Source: Ilumatobacter sp. (GTDB lineage: Bacteria; Actinomycetota; Acidimicrobiia; Acidimicrobiales; Ilumatobacteraceae). From it: DNA of 64,000 nt. The notes beneath the pieces are model-generated. The model made no database searches. It saw only the letters and a program-made list of their open reading frames with translations, and had not been told where the DNA came from. A program made the translations under genes and the position numbers. Every line of letters starts with the position of its first letter. The first letter of the stretch is position 1. The stretch is from contig PASB01000054.1 in assembly GCA_002711735.1 (NCBI GenBank), positions 8,044-72,043 on the forward strand, read 5' to 3'. Shown here piece after piece: positions 57,093-64,000 of the stretch.

Positions 57093-58393
57093 GCGACCTG
57101 TTCGCAGCGGCTGCCGAGGAGACTCGCCGCCTCCGGGCGCCGCTCGCGGCCCGACTTCGGCCAAAATCGATTGACGACATCGTTGGCCAGGAACACCTGG
57201 TCGGGCCAGGTCGACCGCTACGTTGCCTGGTCGAAAGCGACCGCTTGAGTTCAGCGCTGTTGTGGGGTCCACCGGGCACTGGTAAAACTACCCTTGCTCT
57301 GGCAGTTGCGGGCTCGACAGAGCGCGCCTTTGAGCAACTCTCCGCTGTCACCGCCGGCGTGAAGGATGTGCGCGAAACCATTGATCGTGCCCGCCATCGT
57401 CTCGGAGAACGTGGACAAGGCACCATCCTGTTTCTCGATGAAATCCATCGGTTCTCGAAGGCGCAGCAAGATGCGCTACTCCCTGCGGTCGAGGACGGCA
57501 CACTGACGTTGATAGGGGCAACGACTGAGAATCCATTCTTCGAGGTCAACGCACCACTACGCAGCCGCTCAACGCTCTTCCGACTCGAACCGCTTGATCG
57601 GCTAGCTATTGAGCAGCTGGTATCGCGAGGCTTGGAAGCAGAAGCAACAACCGCTGATCGCGATGCTTTGGAGTTGCTTGTTGACCGAGCAGGGGGAGAC
57701 GGACGTCAGGTCTTGACCTCGCTCGACGTTGCGTGTGCGTTGTCCGATTACCCCCATGTCGAGCTTGCTCACGTCGAAGCCGCACTTGGGACCAGCGCAT
57801 TGCGGTACGGGCGTGATGATCACTACGACGTCGTCAGCGCCTTCATCAAGTCGATGCGCGGAAGTGATCCCGACGCTGCGGTGTATTGGCTGGCACGGAT
57901 GCTGGAGTCAGGCGAGGACGCCCGATTCATTGCTCGACGCTTAGTCATTTTCGCCAGCGAAGACGTGGGTCTCGCCGACAACCGAGGTCTAGACGTAGCA
58001 GTTGCGGCAGCCCACGCGCTTGAGCACGTAGGGTTGCCGGAGGCGCAGCTCCATTTGACTCACGCAGCCATATACCTGGCCGTCGCTCCGAAGAGCAACC
58101 GAGCGGCGCTCGCCATCTGGAATGCCCGCGCCGCAGTCCGTGACGGGGACATAGGTGAAGTGCCATCCCATCTTCGTGATAGCCATTATCAGGGCGCAGC
58201 AACGCTGGGCCACGGAGTCGGGTACGAGTATCCTCACGACAGTCCGGCTGGCTGGGTAGATCAGGAATACCTGCCCGAAGGTCAGCGAGGACAGCGCTGG
58301 TACGAACCGAGCCAGCACGGTGAGGAACAAGGGATTGAGCAGCGTATGGCAAAAAACAGAACTGAACAGTCTCCAAATGGAGCATCAAGATGA
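57089..58393 (+). CDS. rarA: Replication-associated recombination protein A
   Basis: PLAARLRP, GPPGTGKT, DEIHRF, GATTENP, SAFIKS.RGSD, ASED.G, PKSN. Confidence 0.98.
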   Translation: MSDLFAAAAEETRRLRAPLAARLRPKSIDDIVGQEHLVGPGRPLRCLVESDRLSSALLWGPPGTGKTTLALAVAGSTERAFEQLSAVTAGVKDVRETIDRARHRLGERGQGTILFLDEIHRFSKAQQDALLPAVEDGTLTLIGATTENPFFEVNAPLRSRSTLFRLEPLDRLAIEQLVSRGLEAEATTADRDALELLVDRAGGDGRQVLTSLDVACALSDYPHVELAHVEAALGTSALRYGRDDHYDVVSAFIKSMRGSDPDAAVYWLARMLESGEDARFIARRLVIFASEDVGLADNRGLDVAVAAAHALEHVGLPEAQLHLTHAAIYLAVAPKSNRAALAIWNARAAVRDGDIGEVPSHLRDSHYQGAATLGHGVGYEYPHDSPAGWVDQEYLPEGQRGQRWYEPSQHGEEQGIEQRMAKNRTEQSPNGASR

Positions 58394-58863
58394 GTGCAAG
58401 CGACTTGGTGGTGGTGATCGCTGCATTTGTCCTGATCTGTGGGTTTACGGCGTTGATCGTGGTCTTACTGCGGGTTCATGACACGCTGCGCGATTTGCGC
58501 GAAGACGTTGTCGATCTTCGAGCTGAAACCACTCCGCTCCTGCTTGAGATGCGCAACACCACCGACGCAGCACGGGAAACCGTCGATGAGGCCCGCAACG
58601 ACCTCGAGCGATTCGACAAAGTGCTTGGTTCCGCCGAGGCAATCGGTGACGCCGTTGGGGGCCGAGTGGCGCGCACGGCGTTCTCGTCACCAGCTATCAA
58701 GGCTGCAGGGCTGGCCAAGGGAACGTCTCGAGCATGGAGCCGCTTGCGTGGTAAGCCAATTGAGCGGTCGCTTATTGTCCCAGACCCCAGCGCAACAGGA
58801 AACGTGATCGATGTGAGTAATCACAGAGAAAAAGCCCCGGAGCGACGGAGACGACGAGCATGA
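58390..58863 (+). CDS. DUF948-like membrane-anchored coiled-coil protein
   Basis: N-terminal TM helix then helical region (PLL.E); position after rarA. Confidence 0.7.
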   Translation: MSASDLVVVIAAFVLICGFTALIVVLLRVHDTLRDLREDVVDLRAETTPLLLEMRNTTDAARETVDEARNDLERFDKVLGSAEAIGDAVGGRVARTAFSSPAIKAAGLAKGTSRAWSRLRGKPIERSLIVPDPSATGNVIDVSNHREKAPERRRRRA

Positions 58864-59198
58864 TGAAGCGAGCGACATGGTTCGTCGGCGGCGTGGCAGC
58901 GGGCGTTGCAGGTGCCGGCTACGCTAAGAAGAAGGTCAAAGAAGCAGCCTCAAATGCTGCACCCGCTCAAGTAGCGAAGTCAGCGATGACAAAAGCTAGG
59001 GCAAAGACGCGCGACATTGCTGACGCAGTCCGTGAAGGGCGGGCGGTGATGAACCAGCATGAAGACGAACTTCATGCGAAGCGTGAAGGTCGGCTCGAAT
59101 CGCTTGAAGACCACGTTGAGCCTGGTGACAAGGTCTTCGTCGATGGTCAGCCTGTCGAGAGTGGCCGAGTCATCGTGATGCGTCAACGAGGCCGCTGA
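58860..59198 (+). CDS. Small membrane-anchored hypothetical protein
   Basis: MKR.TWF..G...G.AG N-terminus, AVREGR..M...E.EL; ATGA overlap with the preceding gene. Confidence 0.75.
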   Translation: MMKRATWFVGGVAAGVAGAGYAKKKVKEAASNAAPAQVAKSAMTKARAKTRDIADAVREGRAVMNQHEDELHAKREGRLESLEDHVEPGDKVFVDGQPVESGRVIVMRQRGR

Positions 59199-59203
59199 GT
59201 CGC

Positions 59204-60649
59204 GTGACGGTGCTCGACACGACAATCGACCTTGATGCCGTCACACGCGCGCTTCGCGTGCGACTTCGCGACGATCAGGTCAGGGATTCGCTGACAATGT
59301 GCAACCTCTACCGACGCGACGCGTCGAACATGACTGGCCGCGCAGGCATCGTGTGTTTTGCCGAGTCGACCGAGGACGTGCAGGCGTGCGTGCAGGTGGC
59401 AGCTGACATGGGCGTTCCTTTCATGGCTCGCGGCTCTGGAACTGGGCTCGCCGGCGGGGCGGTGCCACCGCCAGACGCCATCGTCATCTCCACCACGAAG
59501 ATGAACAAGATCCTTTCGGTCGACGAAGTAAATCGCATTGCTTGGGTTGAGCCTGGCGTGCTGAACCTCGATTTATCAAAACAGATCGCCGACCTTGGCG
59601 TGCACTTCGCGCCTGATCCGAGCAGCCAGCAGACTTGTTCGATCGGCGGCAACGTCGCGAACAACTCAGGCGGACCCCATTGTCTCGCCGATGGTGTTAC
59701 GAACGCGCATATCCACGGCGTTGAAGTCGTTCTGCCGGACGGGTCGATCAGCATTCTTGGTGGGGAGGAGCCAGAGCCCGACGGACTTGACCTGCGCGGC
59801 GTCTTTGTCGGCAGCGAGGGCATGTTCGGCGTTGCGACGAAGATCTGCGTGCGGTTGATGCAGAATCCGCCAGACGTGGCAACGATGCTGATGGACTTCG
59901 AATCGGTCGCCGAGGGAGCCAACTTGGTCAGCGACATCATTGCGTCGGGCATCGTGCCCGCTGCGGTCGAGATGATGGACCAGCTGTGTTTAATCGCAGT
60001 CGAAGAGTTCATTCACGCAGGGCTCCCTGTCGAGAAGGCTGCCGCACTCCTCATTGAAGTCGTTGGGCCCTCTGCAGGGGTTGCGGCCGACGTTGAACGC
60101 ATCTGCCAGCTTGCTTCCGAACGAGGGGTGGGCGCTATCCGAGTGGCAGCAGATGACGCAGAGCGGGCGCTGCTCTGGAAGGGACGGAAGTCCGCGTTCG
60201 GCGCCATAGCGAACATCATGCCCAACTACTACTTGCACGACACCGTGGTGCCTCGGCATAAGCTCGCAGAAGTACTTGATCAAATTTACGAGATTGTCAG
60301 CCGGCACAATTTGCAGGTGTTAAACGTGTTCCATGCCGGTGACGGCAACCTCCATCCGTTAATTCTGTTTGACGGTTCAGTTGAAGGAGTGTTCGAACGA
60401 GTTCACGCTGCCGGCCGAGAAATTGTGAAGGCATCCGTCAATGCAGGCGGTGTGCTGAGTGGCGAACACGGCATTGGGCTTGAGAAGAGGGACCTCATGC
60501 CGCTGATGTTCACTGAGACCGACCTCAGTGCGCAAGCTGACCTGCGTCGGGCATTTGACCCGCAACTGATTTCGAACCCAGACAAGGTCTTGCCAAATCC
60601 TGCCACATGTGGCGAAATCCATAGTGCCCCCGAAGGCGCATGGATCTGA
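59204..60649 (+). CDS. glcD: FAD-linked oxidase, glycolate oxidase subunit GlcD-like
   Basis: RGSGTGLAGG, PDPSS, GGN.A.NSGG.HC, GSEG, HAGDGNLHP, GEHG.G. Confidence 0.92.
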   Translation: MTVLDTTIDLDAVTRALRVRLRDDQVRDSLTMCNLYRRDASNMTGRAGIVCFAESTEDVQACVQVAADMGVPFMARGSGTGLAGGAVPPPDAIVISTTKMNKILSVDEVNRIAWVEPGVLNLDLSKQIADLGVHFAPDPSSQQTCSIGGNVANNSGGPHCLADGVTNAHIHGVEVVLPDGSISILGGEEPEPDGLDLRGVFVGSEGMFGVATKICVRLMQNPPDVATMLMDFESVAEGANLVSDIIASGIVPAAVEMMDQLCLIAVEEFIHAGLPVEKAAALLIEVVGPSAGVAADVERICQLASERGVGAIRVAADDAERALLWKGRKSAFGAIANIMPNYYLHDTVVPRHKLAEVLDQIYEIVSRHNLQVLNVFHAGDGNLHPLILFDGSVEGVFERVHAAGREIVKASVNAGGVLSGEHGIGLEKRDLMPLMFTETDLSAQADLRRAFDPQLISNPDKVLPNPATCGEIHSAPEGAWI

Positions 60650-61524
60650 CACTCGAAGACTTCGCGGCAGAAGTCGGCTCCAGCGGTCCGGTAGCCATTG
60701 CCGGGCTCGGGACACGGTCACGTCCGTTGTCGGATGTCCGGGTAGTTCACGCTCCGAGTGGCATCGAGTGGATCGAGCCCGCCGAGATGACGATTTGCTG
60801 CGGAGCAGGAACCCCAGTCGACGAGATTGACGCAGCACTAGCTGAACATGGGCAGCAGGTCGCCGTACACCCGGGAGGAACCGTCGGGGGAGCGCTGGCC
60901 GTCGGCCAGAGCGGGCTCCGCCGGTTGGCGTACGGAGCGATGCGCGACGCGTTGCTTCAGGCCAATTACGTCAATGCTGCTGGCAAGCTCGTCAAAGCCG
61001 GAGGGCCGACTGTAAAGAACGTCAGCGGGTTCGATTTATGTCGATTGCTGGTTGGCTCATACGGAACGCTTGGGTTCATCGGCGACGTCATTCTTCGTAC
61101 GCGACCGAAGGCCTCCTTCGAGCAATGGTTCACCTCTGATCGCGATCCGTGGGAACTGTTGAGCGGACTGTTCCGTCCGACGTCAGTGCTATGGAACGGA
61201 GCGACGACCTGGGTGCTGCTTGAAGGAAATGATCGCGACGTGGCAGAGATGGCTGAACGGTTTTCACTGACGGCAGTTCCAAATGGCCCGGAACTCCCTG
61301 GAGGCGGCCGTTGGTCGATGGCGCCATCAGAATTAATATCTCTGAAGGTCGCGTCGCCGGGTTCGTTTGTCGCAGAAATCGGCGTGGGCGTGGTCCACCA
61401 CACTCGGCCGCGGCCGGTACGACCGCCTGATCTAGTGCAGGCCGATTTGCATGCGCGGATCAAGCGGGAGTTTGATCCGACCGGACGCTTGAACCCCGGA
61501 ATCGACGCGCTGTCGATCCGCTGA
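60640..61524 (+). CDS. glcE: Glycolate oxidase FAD-binding subunit GlcE-like
   Basis: TVGG.LA.G.SG.RR..YG..RD, GG.TVKNVSGFDLCRL..GS.GTLG, IK..FDP...LNPG. Confidence 0.9.
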   Translation: MDLTLEDFAAEVGSSGPVAIAGLGTRSRPLSDVRVVHAPSGIEWIEPAEMTICCGAGTPVDEIDAALAEHGQQVAVHPGGTVGGALAVGQSGLRRLAYGAMRDALLQANYVNAAGKLVKAGGPTVKNVSGFDLCRLLVGSYGTLGFIGDVILRTRPKASFEQWFTSDRDPWELLSGLFRPTSVLWNGATTWVLLEGNDRDVAEMAERFSLTAVPNGPELPGGGRWSMAPSELISLKVASPGSFVAEIGVGVVHHTRPRPVRPPDLVQADLHARIKREFDPTGRLNPGIDALSIR

Positions 61525-61536
61525 GTCGAATTTAAC

Positions 61537-62424
61537 GTGCCGCGTCCGTTTGTTGATCGCCCGGTTGGCGATCTCGCAGCCGCCAGGCTGGTGGCGTCGC
61601 AGGCGGCTACGCATTGGGGGCTTGTTGAACCCGTTTTGCTGCGCGCAGGTATGAATGCGATCTACCGCTCCGGCGACGTTGTTCTTCGCGTGAGTGAGCC
61701 GAGTGCGCCTGCGGTCGCATCGATCGAACTTGCCGAGATACTGCTCGACCGTGGTCTGGCTGTAACCCGTCCTGTGCGTACTGATGTCGTCGAGTCAAAG
61801 GGACTGAGCGCAACAGCGTGGGAATATGTGCCAAATTCGAACTCTGCCATTGATTGGCAGTCTGTTGGCAAATTGGTGCGGCGCACCCACGACATCGCTG
61901 CGTCTGACCTTCCTGCGGCATACCCGCTCCCACGCCCGGCTGACTTCCCGTGGTGGGACTTCGCTGCGCTGCTCGACGATGTTGCTGCGGAACTCGACGA
62001 GCCGGCGCGAGCGGGAATCGTCGCAGCCATTCACCGGTGGCCGCACTGGACCGATGACGTTAATTCGGTTCTCTGTCATGGTGACGTTCACCCAGGCAAC
62101 GTGATCATGTCGGAAAGGGGACCGGTCCTAATCGACTGGGACTTACTCTGCGTGGCGCCGCCCGGCTGGGATCACGCGCCGATGATGACCTGGCAAACAC
62201 GCTGGGGCGGTGAGGCGTCCTGGTACGGCGCTTTCGCGACAGGCTACGGGCGGTCGATGGTCGGTGATCAGCCCGCCGAGGCCTTTGCAGAGCTCCGCCT
62301 GGTTGCGGCGACCTTGATGCGACTGAAAGCAGCGATACGCAGTGAGGACGCAATGCCAGAGGCGCAACGCCGACTGGCGTACTGGCGTGGAGATCCCAAC
62401 GCACCGATGTGGCAAGCTCAGTAG
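61537..62424 (+). CDS. Aminoglycoside phosphotransferase/choline kinase-fold protein
   Basis: HGDVHPGN Brenner motif, IDWD, P..WD. Confidence 0.88.
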   Translation: MPRPFVDRPVGDLAAARLVASQAATHWGLVEPVLLRAGMNAIYRSGDVVLRVSEPSAPAVASIELAEILLDRGLAVTRPVRTDVVESKGLSATAWEYVPNSNSAIDWQSVGKLVRRTHDIAASDLPAAYPLPRPADFPWWDFAALLDDVAAELDEPARAGIVAAIHRWPHWTDDVNSVLCHGDVHPGNVIMSERGPVLIDWDLLCVAPPGWDHAPMMTWQTRWGGEASWYGAFATGYGRSMVGDQPAEAFAELRLVAATLMRLKAAIRSEDAMPEAQRRLAYWRGDPNAPMWQAQ

Positions 62425-62445
62425 AGTCCGGTTGACTGAACCCTC

Positions 62446-62820
62446 ATGTCTAGCGGTAACTCATCGGACCTGCGTGTGGCGGAATCGCCGACCGGAGCAG
62501 GCCGTGGCGTGTTTGCTCGTCGGGTCATCGCAGCTGGTGAGGAGATCGAACGGTGCCCGATGCTGATCGTCGAGGGCGAGCAGGCCGAAGCACTGTCCTT
62601 GGGGGCTGACGGATACGTGTTCGGCTGGGGAACAGAATCCACTGCGCTGGCTTTGGGCTACGGATCGCTCTACAACCACAGTTACGCGCCGAACGCCGAA
62701 ACCCTTGAAACTCCACATGAGCTCGTGATCACAGCGCTGCGGAACATTCACGAGGGCGATGAGATCTTCATCAACTACATGGGGACTGCTCAAGAGGGCG
62801 TTTGGTTCGACCCGCTGTGA
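62446..62820 (+). CDS. SET-domain protein (putative protein-lysine methyltransferase)
   Basis: GRGVFA, GEEIE.CP, YNHS..PNA, ALRNI..GDEI.INY. Confidence 0.93.
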   Translation: MSSGNSSDLRVAESPTGAGRGVFARRVIAAGEEIERCPMLIVEGEQAEALSLGADGYVFGWGTESTALALGYGSLYNHSYAPNAETLETPHELVITALRNIHEGDEIFINYMGTAQEGVWFDPL

Positions 62821-62966
62821 AACACGCCAGTTGAAACTTGGGGCGTCGTTGTCGGTTGAGGTTGGGTATTTAGGGGTGCCTCCACGTCGGGTGGCTGTCG
62901 CTACACGCTATTCGGATAATCCACCGGATTTGAGAAGCTACCGCTACCTGCTGTCTGGAACGAGAG

Positions 62967-63764
62967 TCACTCCGGTTGGCAAGTAGGGCAGTGGTAGCTC
63001 GTTCGGTTTTGAATAGTGAGCAGCTCAATCTTGGTACCGCACCGCAGGCAAAGGTGCCGCTTGTAGGCGTAGGTGGCGTCGCCGCGTTTGATGCGGACGC
63101 CGTTTGGAATGTCGAGTTCCGATCGTTCGACGGTGACGATGCGACCGTCTTTGACTCCTTTGCGCAGCATTGCGGTGATCGTGACCCAGAGTGCCTCCAA
63201 CTCGGCGATGTCCAACTTTATGCCTGGATGGAGCGGGTGTATGCCGCAGACGAAGAGTGCTTCGGCGCGGTACACATTGCCGACTCCAGCGACGACTGAC
63301 TGATCCATGAGAAGATCGCCGATACCGCGTTTCGACCGTGAGATCTTGTTGAACATCTTTTGTTTGCTCTGGCGCGGTTTGATGGGGTCGGGTCCGAGAC
63401 GACTCAGAATCTCGGTTCGCACGGAGGGATCATCGATCGAGCAGGCAGTTGGGCCCGACAAATCAATCGTTGCTGACTCCGCGACGAGACGCATTCGGAC
63501 AGCGCCGCGCGGTTCAGGACGACTGTCGCCCGTGTGTACTTTAAATTTGCCGAACAGCCCGAGGTGAACGTGGCCAACTTCGCCCGTCGACCAGTGGTAA
63601 AAAAGATGCTTGCCGTGGGGCTCAATCTTGCGGAGAACGGCGCCATCGACACGCTCGGCATCGCCGGAAAAACGTCCTTGGGGACTGGTGACGCGCAAGG
63701 CCCGACCGCTGAGCAGCTTTCCGTGGTCTCTGGCAATCTTGTGAATGGTGTGTCCTTCTGGCAC
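62967..63764 (-). CDS. nei: Fpg/Nei-family DNA glycosylase
   Basis: Start GTG 63764 gives the required (M)PEGH N-terminus; [23 protein letters not shown], CxxC...CPTCQ zinc finger; TACGAT -10 7 nt upstream. Confidence 0.95.
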   Translation of the reverse strand: MPEGHTIHKIARDHGKLLSGRALRVTSPQGRFSGDAERVDGAVLRKIEPHGKHLFYHWSTGEVGHVHLGLFGKFKVHTGDSRPEPRGAVRMRLVAESATIDLSGPTACSIDDPSVRTEILSRLGPDPIKPRQSKQKMFNKISRSKRGIGDLLMDQSVVAGVGNVYRAEALFVCGIHPLHPGIKLDIAELEALWVTITAMLRKGVKDGRIVTVERSELDIPNGVRIKRGDATYAYKRHLCLRCGTKIELLTIQNRTSYHCPTCQPE

Positions 63765-63807
63765 GAAAGGCATCGTACGGGTCGCCCGGTCCGCGTACGC
63801 TGTTGTC

Positions 63808-64000
63808 GTGCTCCATGGCGTGTTGAATCTTGACCCCGGCAAGTTGGCGACGTGTGTCTCGTGCGGGCTCTGCCTTCCGCACTGTCCAACTTTTCGAGTT
63901 TCTGGTGAGGAGGCGTATTCGCCGCGAGGGCGCATCGACGCAATGCGCGCGGTTGAGTCGGGTCAACTTCCGATCGATGAGACTTTCGTGGACTTCATGG
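63808..64000 (+). CDS. glcF: Glycolate oxidase Fe-S subunit GlcF-like (3'-truncated; absent from ORF track)
   Basis: Translates (M)[42 protein letters not shown] (CxxCxxCxxxCP and SPRGRI); TACGCT -10 6 nt before GTG. Confidence 0.88.
   Translation, partial: MLHGVLNLDPGKLATCVSCGLCLPHCPTFRVSGEEAYSPRGRIDAMRAVESGQLPIDETFVDFM

Noticed and set aside
61537-62424. Aminoglycoside resistance gene
   Set aside because: Only fold-level motifs are present; nothing indicates substrate or mobility
63765-63935. Upstream extension of nei and other minus-strand ORFs at the right edge
   Set aside because: Nei needs an N-terminal Pro, and the region encodes glcF on the plus strand
1-64000. tRNA, rRNA, CRISPR array, IS, integrase or prophage
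   Set aside because: Intergenic gaps are short, and none shows a cloverleaf, spaced direct repeats, terminal inverted repeats or transposase/integrase motifs on manual reading

Overview
GC-rich chromosomal segment from an actinobacterium; gene order and mIHF point to Acidimicrobiia/Ilumatobacter-like (inference). It is mostly core genes: yajC-secDF-apt-rel-hisS-aspS; pepQ-efp-nusB; pyrR-pyrB-pyrC-carAB-pyrD-mihF-gmk-rpoZ-coaBC-metK-priA; def-fmt-rsmB-mog-hisG; infC-rpmI-rplT-trmH-pheST; argCBDFRH; mpg; tyrS; rppH-like-rarA; glcD-glcE...glcF. I found no tRNA, rRNA, IS element or CRISPR array. Four things stand out. (1) A compact copper-handling module: SigC-like ECF sigma, divergent zinc-finger membrane anti-sigma, SCO, cupredoxin lipoprotein, an uncharacterised WHDHRxH membrane protein, PCuAC and a neighbouring TlpA. 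Three promoters of identical geometry (GGGAAC-N17-CGACY-N8-start codon) lie inside it. (2) A Tat-lipoprotein Cu nitrite reductase with a tethered C-terminal cupredoxin domain and a DosR-like box upstream. (3) A leaderless 12-aa Phe-containing leader peptide plus hairpins upstream of pheST, a candidate attenuator. (4) carAB appears dually controlled by a PyrR element and internal tandem ARG boxes. Many genes look leaderless, and a partial glcF missing from the ORF track lies at the right edge.
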